Origin: Antedon mediterranea
Taxonomy: Eukaryota > Animalia > Echinodermata
Assembly: GCF_964355755.1 (NCBI RefSeq)
Contig: NC_092675.1
Span: 15,658,912-15,722,911, forward strand
Length of the DNA stretch: 64,000 bases
Direction of reading: 5' to 3'
Below, piece after piece: positions 51,000 through 63,862 of the stretch (position 1 is its first letter; each line of letters opens with the position of its first letter). The position numbers were made by a program, and so were the translations under genes. Below the pieces are notes generated by a model that saw only the letters and a program-made list of their open reading frames with translations, made no database searches and was not told the DNA's origin.

Positions 51000-51495
51000 T
51001 CTTCCATCGTTAACTTAAGTTAATTAATATGTGTCCCCTGAATCGTAGCCTTACGGATTTAGATTAAGCATTGTTACAGCAGCAGACATCCATGTTGCAA
51101 AATGAACATATATCAAATAAAAAAATGAAAACTGTTTGAAACAGGTCGATCAATAAAAACACATTCATCGTGAATTTCAACACAGCATTGATACATGTTA
51201 CCACAGTAGGCCTACATTAATTCGCGTTATATTTAAATCCAAAATCTCTTCAAATTTAATTTAATATTTCGGAATAAGATTGTGACATTCAAACTACATT
51301 TCAATAACTATTTTCAAGCACACTTTATATACGGCGGGAATATCTACCATCGTTAATTTAACGGATGTGCTATAATATATGTCCCCTGAATCGTAGCCTT
51401 ACGGATTTAAATTAGGCATGGTTACATCAGCAGACATCAATTTGCAAAATGAACATTGTCTGAAACAGGTAAAACAATAAAAACACATTCTTCGG
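51000..51495 (+). repeat. Diverged direct repeat (~160-bp blocks at ~51000 and ~51343)
   Basis: TGTCCCCTGAATCGTAGCCTTACGGATTT...CAGCAGACATC..TTGCAAAATGAACAT..TGAAACAGGT..CAATAAAAACACATTC occurs twice. Confidence 0.75.
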
Positions 51496-51667
51496 CGATA
51501 AATACCAATTTGATGTCGGATGAGAAAGTAGATCCACATTATGTAACAAATCTCGAAACATTGATTTGAGCAAACAGAAAACGAAATCATCAAAACAAGT
51601 TATTGCTAAGTAGACCTACGCAAGATGAGATTGATCAACAAAATACAAAATAAACAAGATCTGTATA

Positions 51668-52341
51668 AACTTTGATAGTCTAGGCAGGGAAAAGTGAAAT
51701 TGTTCACTCTTTCTTCCAAAGCAATTTTGATAGTCTAGACAGGGAAGAGTGAAATGTTTTACACTTTCTTCCAAGGCAACCATGATACTAGTCTAGACAG
51801 GGAAGATCAAAATTGTTCACTCTTTCTTCCAAGGCAACTTTGACAGTTTAGACATGGAGAAAAGTTAAATTGGTCTGTCTTCCCTCCAAGGCAACTTTGA
51901 TAGTCTAGGCAGGAAAGAGTGAAATTGTTCACTTGTTCTTCCAAGGCAACTTTGATAGTCTAGGCAGGGAAGAGCAAGCTCGTTCACTCTTTCTTCCAAG
52001 GCAACTTTGACAGTATAGACAGAGAAGAGTTAAATTGGTCTGTCTTCCCTCCAAGGCAACTTTGATATTCTAGGCAGGGAAGAGTAAAATTGTTCACTCT
52101 TTCTTTCAAACCAACTTTGATAGTCTAGGCAGGGAAGAGTTAAATTGGTCTGTCTTCCCTCCAAGGCAAATTTGATAGACTAGGCAGAGAAGAGTGAAAT
52201 TGTTCACTCTTTCTTCCAAAGCAACTTTGACAGTATAGACAGAGAAGAGTTAAATTGGTCTGTCTTCCCTCCAAGGCAACTTTGATAGTCTGGACAGAGA
52301 AGAGTGGAATTGTTCACTCTTTCTTCCAAGGCAACTTTGAT
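51668..52341 (+). repeat. Minisatellite, ~55-bp unit x 12, two interleaved variants
   Basis: Unit AACTTTGATAGTCTAGGCAGGGAAGAGTGAAATTGTTCACTCTTTCTTCCAAGGC (A), or with TTAAATTGGTCTGTCTTCCC (B). Order AAABAABABABA. Confidence 0.92.
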
Positions 52342-52499
52342 ACAAAAATGTAGGCCTATACCTTAGGCAAATATATCTTTTTTTTTAAAGAATACGTATA
52401 TAGTTTTTAATATTTCTTTGCTTCTTGTAAGTTACATTATCTTATACTTAATGCGATGTTAACGATAGTAAAGCTTTTTTTTTCTCTCTTTTGTGGCGC

Positions 52500-54560
52500 A
52501 AACACCACTTTTATTCACATTCATATTATCTCATATTACATAAAATCGTATTATTTAACTTGTAAATGTCGTTACAGTTCATAAGTAACATTTTTACATA
52601 TATGAATTCTGTATTACTCCTTTTTTCATTAATTTTCTTATATTTTGTTATACACTTGACAGGATCATCATTATCATCTATCCCGTTTTAAAATAGTTCA
52701 CACATTTTCATTTGTTTGTTTTCATTTTACAACCCGGATTATACAATATATTTATATACATGATAAAAAAAAACAATAATAGCTCAGTACCACCAGTAAC
52801 CCGTATCACTGTAATTCTTTTTCGGTTAATCGTATCAAATTAGAAATTATATTATCATAATCTTATTTCTTAAAGCTACCCATTTTTCTATACTTGTTTC
52901 TTTATTGTTATATGTTTCACATTCAATGTTATATAACATATTGCTTTTAAATGAATTCCATAACGATTTACCCACTGGCTTATTTAGTGCAGATAACATT
53001 TTTATTCTATAAATAGTAAATGCTGCAAAAGTGTAAATATAATCTATTAGCTTATCTCCCGTTCCTAGTATTAATTGTTTAAATGATATATTATTGTGAT
53101 TTAAACTTACAAAGATACTAAGCATTTTCCTCCAATATTTCTGAATAAATCTACAACTAAAAAACAAATGATTTTCATTTTCAATTTCTCCACATTTGTC
53201 ACACGTTTTGTGTTTCCTTAACTTTCCACTGATACAGCCGTTTGTTGGTAGGCAGTATTCTATGTAACATCTTATAATTGAATTGTGCTAGTTTCTTATC
53301 TTTCATTTTACATACTTTCCGTAACCAAGAAGTTTTCCAATCAATGTTGTTATCATTGAAGTACTCTTCCCATTTTAGTTGTGACATTGGAATAATGAAA
53401 TATTCTTTCACAAACCATGAGTATATTAGTTTGGTAGTATTAATCTCATACTTGGTCCCAACTAATTCATCATTATCATCACAATTGAAAATATCTACCT
53501 CCTTAATAATACGTTTCCATTGAATTGGTATTGCCTTAATAATGCACAAATACTCATTTAACCAGTTTGTTTTACATTGTAGTTTCACCAGTATTTCGTT
53601 TGATGTTAAAAAAGTGTTCTTATTAACAATATCTTTAATACTGATAATGCCACTGTCAATCCAATGCTTGTAGAAAAGCGATTTTTTTTTTAGTTTAACG
53701 TAGTGGTTTCCCCACAGTTGCTCATTCATTATATCGTTATAAGTTTCAGGGTTTTTTTTTAGAGATTCTGTTATAATTTATGTAGGCTTTTATCATATTT
53801 TTGTAAAACAGTGGAATTTTATCAGAATTAACATCAATAATGTTATAACATGACATATTAAGTAAAACATTAACATCACATATTTTTTTAATATAATACA
53901 TTGGAATATTTTTCCATTTAGCACCATCATCATTCATAATTCTTTTTAACCAGCCACACATGAGTGCGTTAACATGAAGAGTAAAATCAGGCATTTTAAT
54001 GCCTCCCATCTCAACATCACCAATTAGAGTTTTTCTTTTTATCTTTTCCCTTTTATTGTTCCAAATAAAATTATATATTAGATTTGTAACTTGTGTATAT
54101 ACATATTTTGGAACATCAGTGATATTTGCAGCATATGTTAATTTAGATAGTGCAAGACTTTTCAGGATTATTATTCTACCAAAAATTGAGAGATTTCTAG
54201 CATTCCATTGTTTTAAAGTCTTTTCTAGCTCTATCGGGTGTTTTACCCAATTTAATTCTAAAGGTCTATCTATTCTGTTCTTCCATTTACCAATCCAGAA
54301 AGCATTGTTTTTTTTTTATTTAGTGTCATTCCAGATACTTCACAAAAACGTTCAATTACACTGACTGCTGACTTAATACTTTTGTCATTACCAACATACA
54401 AAACAGTATCATCGGCTAATTGGCTTATTCTAGCTTCTATGTTTATTATTTTATATATTATATTATTTGGAAGTTTAATACCCTTATAGTCATCTTTGTT
54501 TCTTATTCTAGATGCCATTACTTCAACCACTAAAATGAATAACAGAGCAGATAGTAAAGC
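52500..54560 (-). mobile_element. L1/Tx1-clade LINE, 5'-truncated ORF2 with frameshifts
   Basis: LSALLFILVVEVMA, ISQLADDTVLY (RT catalytic motif), MGGIKMPDF, LWGNHYVK, FNYKMLHRILPTN, and a C-terminal HLFFSC zinc knuckle. Confidence 0.88.
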
Positions 54561-54599
54561 TAATACATTTCTTCATATTTATTTTCTTCATCTTTAAAG

Positions 54600-54950
54600 C
54601 ACTTTATAAGAAAGTAAACACTTTGGCTTTATATATACAGAAACAACCCAAGGTAATAAGGGTGTTTGTATACTGTTTATCTGTTTCAATTATGATATTC
54701 TCAAAGCTTATATTGCTCTGTGTTATTTCATTTATCATAGTCCATACTTGTTTGGCGAATACGCAGTCATTAGTAGATGTTTTTCGTCTTCGATTGTATT
54801 ACATTTTTGACATCTACATATATAAAAGGCTAGACTTGCCCCAAGTCTGTATTGTTTTTTATTTTTATTTCGACGGCGATTTTTGTCTGAAAATACAGAC
54901 TTGTGAAACACGTATAGAAATCGATTTGCAGACCGCAAACATCCAATAAG
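54600..54950 (-). mobile_element. 3' fragment of a second LINE (C-terminal CCHC-like region)
   Basis: YRLGAS...RCQKCNTIEDEKHLLM resembles the CxxC..EDExHFL tail of LINE ORF2. Confidence 0.5.
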
Positions 54951-56565
54951 AATGACGTAGGTTATCATACCGTATTTGGCTTTATGGGGCGGGCGGTATG
55001 TAAATATGGATTTCGAATCAACCAATGATCATTTTGTTTCAAAATGAAAAAGATCGAGTACGTACAGTGCTGAATGTACGATCGAGACTGTTGAAATATG
55101 AAATCGTGTTGCCAAGTTGTTTTGTTTATTAATTGTTTAGTCCTTAGCCTAGGCCTCCTTCGTAGGTCCTACTCAACTCGCACGTATGACCTGCCAAATA
55201 AAACACCAATAAGGTAGGCCTACATACCACCACCGGCACACAACAGGATTCACACACAACAGACAGGGCTACACCAGTCCAGGGAGTTGTACACCACTAC
55301 ACAGAACAGGACAGGGTCTGGGTGGGAATTAAATCAAATTATCTCCGCGTAATAATGATCCATTCAATGTTTGATTTGCGGAGAAGCAAGACGAGTTTTC
55401 TTGGGAAAAATCCCATCAAATGTTTACCAGACTACTACTAGGCATACGGTATAAAATCATTTCTAGCCTTCAGAAACTTTCATTAATGTACCCAAGTACA
55501 CATTGTCTAAACGTAACATAGCACATGCGTACCTTCTTAGTTGTTGAGTCTTTGAAATTCTGAAACATGAATATTAAAACCGTGTACGAGTGAGTAGCCA
55601 ATCGCATGCAGCTGAAACTAGTCAACCGGATAATCTATGCACCAAGAATTCTTGGTGTCAAACCACGTGACTTTTGCGTGTTTCCCCAGACGGAGTATCC
55701 AAACTCAAGTAATACACGTATGAAACGCCATATGTGCAAAAATATTTATATTTTTACTAATATTAAGAAAAAACTCCGTCTGGAGCCCAGACTAATAAAA
55801 GGCAAACACAAAAAGTTTTTCCTCTATGCACGCCGCGGTACAACCTCTGACTGGCGTGAATTTTGCACTCAACATCAATCTTGCAACGGAGATGCGGTCA
55901 TGGTCTATATAAAACGTTTGTAAACCAAATATTTATTAAATTATGACTTATTAAATATTTTAAAAATTACCACTGGATCACAAGGCTATGAAATGTAGAA
56001 TTTCCAGAGGGCGTAATTAATACTATAAAAGCAGCAACCGAGAAAAAACGGTAGAATTACCGTTTAGAGAGGTGGATCAAACAAAATTTTATTTACCTGA
56101 AAAAAACTGTAAGTTAAAGCAAAAAATGGTCAAATTGGCTGCCAGCCAATGGGTTTTTGGTTAAATTTAACCATTTATTTTGTCATTTTATAAGTGAAAA
56201 CATTATTTGTTTCGTTTTTTTTTCCGGAAGTGATTAACTTTATTAAAACTACAAAATAACCTATTCAAAGTCTGATTTAATTAATCTTTATGTTTTTGGG
56301 GGACATCTTTAACAGTTTGTCCCCGTATAGCTTATATTAGTTTTGATTTTTGTCTCTCCAATCCAAGTTCTACAATTAAATAAGTGTTAATGTATAGGCC
56401 CTACCATGGAGTAATTTATAATTCTTCCATAAGCTCTTCCTAATTACATGTACATGTATCCTGTAAAGGTACGTGAAAGCGTCACATTTTATATCTTATT
56501 TGTTTTGTGTATTAAATTTGCATTGTATTTCAGTAAAAAAACGGCTATACTACTGTAAGGAAACA

Positions 56566-56800
56566 TTTTTACCTTCGCCAAGGAGGTTATATTTTCCGAC
56601 CCCTGTATGTTTGCGTGTGTGCCTGTGAACAGCTATGGAGGCCACAGTTTTTAGCCGATTCTCACCAAATTTTTTCACACTTATCTATGCCCCAAAAGTT
56701 CGGACGAGTTCGAATTTGAGAGGAAAAGGTCATTAGATCAAGGTCACAACTAACAAAAAACTATTTGACTTCCCAAAGACCACAGTTTTTATCCGATTCC
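56566..56800 (+). mobile_element. 5' part of another HINE-like element, truncated
   Basis: TTTTTACCTTCGCCAAGGAGGTTAT hairpin start, followed by a GTGT-type microsatellite and a CCGATT..CACCAAATTT core typical of such elements. No 3' end found. Confidence 0.5.
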
Positions 56801-57052
56801 AGGTATATAAAATATACCAAATTGGCTAGTTGAGAATTCTCAACTATTACCGCAGTACGCCTGTACGAAGAAGCCTACCGGTATAATGGGATAGGCTGAT
56901 TTCCTTGTTAACTTAAGGGGTCATTTAATTTACTGAATTATGATTGGTAGTAAAGGAAATTTACTGGAATCCTATTGGATGGTAAGTTGGTAGTAGGACC
57001 ATGTCCATCCCATTGCAGTAATAATTTAGTACAATTAATAAGAAAAAAGAAT

Positions 57053-60000
57053 ACACTTAACAATATACAACAAATAACATTAATGTACGATCCCGTTTAA
57101 CACTGTTCTCAACTATAGTCATTTTGGTATACTTGAGCACAGTGATAAAGAATAGGATACACTTAACAATATACAACAACAATGTACGATCCCGTTTAAC
57201 ACTGTTCTCAACTAAAGTCATTTTGGTATACTTGAGCACAGTGATAAAGAATAGGATAAACTTAATAATATACAACAAATAACATCAATGTATGATCCCG
57301 TTTTACACTGTTCTCAACTATAGTCATTTTGGTATACTGTACTTGAGCACAGTGATAAAGAATAGGATAAACTTAATAATATACAACAAATAACATTAAT
57401 GTACGATCCAGTTTAACACTGTTCTCAATTATAGTCATTTTGATATACTTGAGCACAGTGATAAAGAATAGGATAAACTTAATAATATACAACAAACAGC
57501 ATTAATGTACGATCCAGTTTAACACTGTTCTCAACTATAGTCATTTTGGTATACTTGAGAACAGTTATAAAGAATAGGATAAACTTAACAATATACAACA
57601 AAAAACATTAATGTACGATCCCGTTTAACACTGTTCTCAACTATAGTCATTTTGGTATACTTGAGCACAGTGATAAAGAATAGGATAAACTTAATAACAT
57701 ACAACAAATAACACTAATGTACGATCCAGTTTAACACTGTTCTCAACTATAGTCATTTTGGTATACTTGAGCACAGTGATAAAGAATAGGATAAACTTAA
57801 CAATATACAACAAACAACATTAATGTACGATCCAGTTCAAAACTGTTCTCAACTATAGTCATTTTGGTATACTTGAGAACAGTTATAAAGAATAGGATAA
57901 ACTTAACAATATACAACAAAAAACATTAATGTACGATCCCGTTTAACACTGTTCTCAACTATAGTCATTTTGGTATACTTGAGCACAGTGATAAAGAATA
58001 GGATAAACTTAAAAATATACAACAAAAAACATTAATGTACGATCCAGTTTAACACTGTTCTCAACTATAGTCATTTTGGTATAGGCCTACTTGAGAACAG
58101 TGATAAAGAATAGGATAAACTTAACAATATACAACAAAAAACGTACATTAATGTACGATCCCGTTTAACACTGTTCTCAACTATAGTCATTTTGGTATAC
58201 TTGAGCACAGTGATAAAGAATTGGATAAACTTAACAATATACAACAAAAAACATTAATGTACGATCCTGTTTAACACTGTTCTCAACTATAGTCATTTTG
58301 GTATACTTGAGCACAGTGATAAAGAATAGGATAAACTTGATAATGATACCACAAATAACATTAATGTACGATCCCGTTTAACACTGTTCTCAACTATAGC
58401 CATTTTGGTGTACTTGAGCACAGTGATAAAGAATAGGATAAACTTAACAATATACAACAACAATGTACGATCCCGTTTAACACTGTTCTCAACTATAGTC
58501 ATTTTGGTATACTTGAGCACAGTGATAAAGAATAGGATAAACTTAACAATATACAACAAACAGCATTAATGTACGATCCAGTTTAACACTGTTCTCAACT
58601 ATAGTCATTTTGGTATACTTGAGAACAGTGATAAAGAATAGGATAAACTTAACAATATACAACCAAAAACATTAATGTACGATCCCGTTTAACACTGTTC
58701 TCAACTATAGTCATTTTGGTATACTTGAGAACAGTTATAAAGAATAGGATAAACTTAATAATATACAACAAATAACATTAATGTATGATCCAGTTTACCA
58801 CTGTTCTCAACTATAGTCATTTTGGTATACTTGAGCACAGTGATAAAGAATAGGATAAACTTAACAATATACAACAAATAGCATTAATGTACGATCCAGT
58901 TTTAAACACTGTTCTCAACTATAGTCATTTTGGTATACTTGAGCACAGTGATAAATAATAGGATAAATTTAACAATATACAACAAAAAACATTAATGTAC
59001 GATCCCGTTTAACACTGTTCTCAACTATAGTCATTTTGGTATACTTGAGCACAGTGATAAAGAATAGGATAAACTTAATAATATACAACAAATAACACTA
59101 ATGTACGATCCAGTTTACCACTGTTCTCAACTATAGTCATTTTGGTATACTTGAGCACAGTGATAAAGAATAGGATAAACTTAAAAATATACAACAAAAA
59201 ACATTAATGTACGATCCAGTTTAACACTGTTCTCAACTATAGTAATCTTGGTATACTTGAGCACAGTGATAAAGAATAGGATAAACTTAATAATATACAA
59301 CAAATAACATTAATGTATGATCCCGTTTAACACTGTTCTCAATTATAGTCATTTTGGTATACTTGAGCACAGTGATAAAGAATAAGATAAACTTAACAAT
59401 ATACAACAAATAGCATTAATGTACGATCCAGTTTACCACTGTTCTCAACTATAGTCATTTTGGTATACTTGAGAACAGTTATAAAGAATAGGATAAACTT
59501 AACAATATACAACAAAAAACATTAATGTACGATCCCGTTTAACACTGTTCTCAACTATAGTCATTTTGGTATACTTGAGCACAGTGATAAAGAATAGGAT
59601 AAACTTAATAACATACAACAAATAACACTAATGTACGATCCAGTTTACCACTGTTCTCAACTATAGTCATTTTGGTATACTTGAGCACAGTTATAAAGAA
59701 TAGGATAAACTTAAAAATATACAACAAAAAACATTAATGTACGATCCAGTTTAACACTGTTCTCAACTATAGTCATTTTGGTATACTTGAGAACAGTGAT
59801 AAAGAATAGGATAAACTTAACAATATACAACAACAATGTACGATCCCGTTTAACACTGTTCTCAACTATAGTCATTTTGGTATACTTGAGCACAGTTATA
59901 AAGAATAGGATAAACTTAAAAATATACAACAAAAAACATTAATGTACGATCCCGTTTAACACTGTTCTCAACTATAGTCATTTTGGTATACTTGAGCACA

Positions 60001-60150
60001 GTGATAAAGAATAGGATAAACTTAAAAATATACAACAAAAAACATTAATGTACGATCCAGTTTAACACTGTTCTCAACTATAGTCATTTTGGTATACTTG
60101 AGAACAGTTATAAAGAATAGGATAAACTTAACAATATACAACAAAAAACG
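57053..60150 (+). repeat. Satellite array, 106-bp unit, ~29 copies
   Basis: AACTTAACAATATACAACAAAAAACATTAATGTACGATCCCGTTTAACACTGTTCTCAACTATAGTCATTTTGGTATACTTGAGCACAGTGATAAAGAATAGGATA; period measured 57581 to 57687. Confidence 0.97.
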
Positions 60151-60226
60151 TAACGTTAGAATATTGCGCGCAGAAAAACGATTATGTAATGATTATAGTT
60201 GAGAACAGTGTTAAACGGGATCGTAC

Positions 60227-61560
60227 CATATGTTGATGAGTAGTATATTTATATAAATCGACTTTGAAAAGTGAAATAACACTAATATTTGTAGATGAAT
60301 ATGACGTGGACACGTACATATATTGATTAGTATATTGATATAAATCGACTTTTAAAAGTCAAATTAACACTAATATTTGTAGATGAATATGACTTGGACA
60401 CGATTTACATGTTGATGAGTATATTGATATAAATCGACTTTTAAAAGTGAAAATAACACTAATATTTGTAGATGAATAGGACGTGGACACGTACGGTACA
60501 TAATTTTGATGAGTATATTGATATAAATCGACTTTTAAAAGTGAAAATAACACTAATATTTGTAGATGAATATGACGTGGACACGTACGGTACATAATTT
60601 TGATGAGTAGGCCTATATTGATATAAATCGACTTTTAAAAGTGAAATAACACTATTGATTGTAGATGAATATGACGTGGACAAGTACATTTATTGATGAG
60701 TATATTGATATAAATCGACTTTTAAAAGTGAAATAACACTATTAGTTGTACACTATTGATCATATATGAATATGACGTGAATTGCACGTACATATGTTGA
60801 TGAGTAGGCCTATATTGATATAAATGACTTCGAAAAGTGAAATAACACTGATTTGTAAATGAATATATGACGTGGACAAGTACATTTATTGATGAGTATA
60901 TTGATAAATCGACTTTTAAAAGTGAAATAACACTAATATTTATAGATGAATATGACGTGGACACGTACATATGTTGATGAGTATATTGATATAAATTGAC
61001 TTTTAAAAGTGGAATTAACACTATTGATTGTAGACGTGAATTGCACGTACATATTATGTTGATGAGTGTATTGATATAAATCGACTAAACGTTAAATAAC
61101 ACTATCTTGTACAAGTACCCTCACTTGCACTGATGAAGGGCTAGTGTTGCCCGAAAACTCTGCTAACTGTTCTGGCTGTTTTACTTTATCGTTTTGATTT
61201 AGCTTTTCGCTTCTTTTTTTGTATCTCCATTGAGACCACAGCATTGTTATTATTTCAGTATTTTGCCTTTGGATTTACTAATATTAAAAGTGAAATAACA
61301 CTAATGACTGTAGATGATATGACATTTATGTTGATGTATATATTTTTGTATATATAATATGCACACGTACATACGTTGATAGGTATTGATATAAATAGAT
61401 TTTTAAAAGTACGGTAATAGACACTTTATTTGTAGATGAATACGACATGGACAAGTTGCAATAAATTTTATCGTTATATCGTATGTTGATGAGTATTGAT
61501 ATAAATCGACTTTTTAAAAGTGGAATAACACTAAAATGTATAGATGGATATGGCCTCAAC
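60227..61560 (+). repeat. Second satellite, ~87-bp unit, ~13 diverged copies, interrupted at ~61105-61285
   Basis: ATATGTTGATGAGTATATTGATATAAATCGACTTTTAAAAGTGAAATAACACTAATATTTGTAGATGAATATGACGTGGACACGTAC repeated. Confidence 0.9.
61125..61166 (+). ncRNA. Minimal type I hammerhead ribozyme motif (Penelope-like/retrozyme type)
   Basis: TTGCA-CTGATGA-A-GGGC-tagtgtt-GCCC-GAAA-ACTC-TGCTAA: conserved CUGAUGA and GAAA cores, a 4-bp stem II, and stem I TTGCA/TGC(T)AA. The homologous copy at 44861 reads AAGCTCTGCAA, implying a consensus GAAAGCTC-TGCAA. Confidence 0.7.
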
Positions 61561-61770
61561 AAGTATTGTATTAAGCGGTACTGTATATTGATAGACTTCA
61601 TACCTGCAATGTCAATGAAATCTGGCAACAAGAATTGTGTTTGATCCTCCTAATAGTATTCTAATAATCTTGGTTTGTAAAGGAGGCATGAAAAATCTAA
61701 ACGCATAGCCAGGGGAGGGGTTGGAGTTTCGAACAAACTCCCCTGTGCCCGTCCTACAGTTTTTGTGAAC

Positions 61771-61882
61771 TTTTTAGTAGCGTGCAAACGCGACTCTACA
61801 GCTCACTATGTCGGTCGGTCGGTAAACACCAACTCAAATTTGAGCACGCGACTGCAGCCATGTATAGGCCTATGGCCTGTTT
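61771..61882 (+). mobile_element. Mini-HINE (same family as 44578-44656)
   Basis: TTTTTAGTAGCGTGC..ACGCGACT 5' hairpin, (GGTC)n, 3' GCACGCGACT, ends in GTTT. Confidence 0.6.
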
Positions 61883-62004
61883 ATACTAGAAATCTGCAGT
61901 GAAAGTATATGTAAATAATATGTGTTAATATAGAATTAGTTTTTTTTATTTAATAAATAGTGTTAAAGTTGATCTTATTCTTTATCTGTGATTAATTATA
62001 CTCA

Positions 62005-63862
62005 AATGACTATAGTTTAAACAGTATTAAACGGCATCGTACATTAATGTTATTTGCTGTTTATTCTAAGTTTATCCTATTCTTTATCACTGTGCTCAAA
62101 TATACCAAAATGACTATAATTTAGAACAGGGTTAAACTGGATCGTACATTAATGTTATTTGTTGTATATTGTTAAGTTTATCCTATTCTTTATCACTGTG
62201 CTCAAGTATACCAAAATGACTATAGTCGAGAACAGGGTTAAACTGGATCGTTCATTAATGTTATTTGTTGTATATTGTTAAGTTTATCCTATTCTATATC
62301 ACTGTGCTCAAGTATACCAAAATGACTATAGTCGAGAACAGTGTTAAACGGGATCGTACATTAATGTTATTTGTTGTATATTATTAAGTTTATCCTATTC
62401 TTTATCACTGTGCTCAAGTATACCAAAATGACTATAGTTGAGAACAGTGTTAAACGGGATCGTACATTAATGCTATTTGTTGTATATTGTTAAGTTTATC
62501 CTATTCTTTATCACTGTGCTCAAGTATACCAAAATGACTATAGTTGAGAACAGTGTTAAACGGGATCATACATTAATGTTATTTGTTGTATATTATTAAG
62601 TTTATCCTATTCTTTATTACTGTGCTCAAGTATACCAAAATGACTATAGTTAAGAACAGTGTTAAACGGGATCGTACATTAATGCTATTTGTTGTATATT
62701 GTTAAGTTTATCCTATTCTTTATCACTGTGCTCAAGTATATCAAAATGACTATAGTTGAGAACAGTGTTAAACGGGATCATACATTAATGTTATTTGTTG
62801 GTTGTATATTATTAAGTTTATCCTATTCTTTATCACTGTGCTCAAGTATACCAAAATGACTATAGTTGAGAACAGTGTTAAACTGGATCGTACATTAATG
62901 CTATTTGTTGTATATTGTTAAGTTTATCCTATTCTTTATCACTGTGCACAAGTATACCAAAATGACTATAGTCGAGAACAGTGTTAAACGGGATCATACA
63001 TTAATGTTATTTGTTGTATATTGTTAAGTTTATCCTATTCTTTATCACTGCGCTCAAGTATACCAAAATGACTATAGTTGAGAACAGTGTTAAACGGGAT
63101 CGTACATTACTGTTATTTGTTGTATATTGTTAAGTTTATCCTATTCTTTATCACTGTGCTCAAGTATTTACCAAAATGACTATAGTCGAGAACAGTGTTA
63201 AACGGGATCGTACATTAATGTAATTTGTTGTATATTATTAAGTTTATCCTATTCTTTATCACTGTGCTCAAGTATACCAAAATGACTATAGTTGAGAACA
63301 GTGTTAAATGGGATCGTACATTACTGTTATTTGTTGTATATTGTTAAGTTTATCCTATTCTTTATCACTGTGCTCAAGTATTTACCAAAATGACTATAGT
63401 CGAGAACAGTGTTAAACGGGATCGTACATTAATGTTATTTGTTGTATTTTATTAAGTTTATCCTATTCTTTATCACTGTGCTCAAGTATACCAAAATGAC
63501 TATAGTCGAGAACAGTGTTAAACGGGATCGTACATTAATGCTATTTGTTGTATATTATTAAGTTTATCCTATTCTTTATCACTGTGCTTAAGTATACCAA
63601 AATGACTATAGTTGAGAACAGTGTTAAACTGGATCGTACATTAATGTTATTTGTTGTATATTATTAAGTTTATCCTATTCTTTATCACTGTGCTCAAGTA
63701 TACCAAAATGTCTATAGTTGAGAACAGTGTTAAACTGGATCGTACATTAATGCTATTTGTTGTATAGGCCTATTGTTAAGTTTATCCTATTCTTTATCAC
63801 TGTGCTCAAGTATACTAAAATGACTATAGTTGAGAACAGTGGTAAACTGGATCGTACATTAA
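62005..63862 (-). repeat. 106-bp satellite array in the opposite orientation, ~17 copies
   Basis: Reverse complement of the unit at 57053-60150. Confidence 0.97.

Noticed and set aside
51668-63862. CRISPR array interpretation of the 55-, 87- and 106-bp repeats
   Set aside because: Eukaryotic context, whole units repeat without unique spacers, and there are no cas genes.
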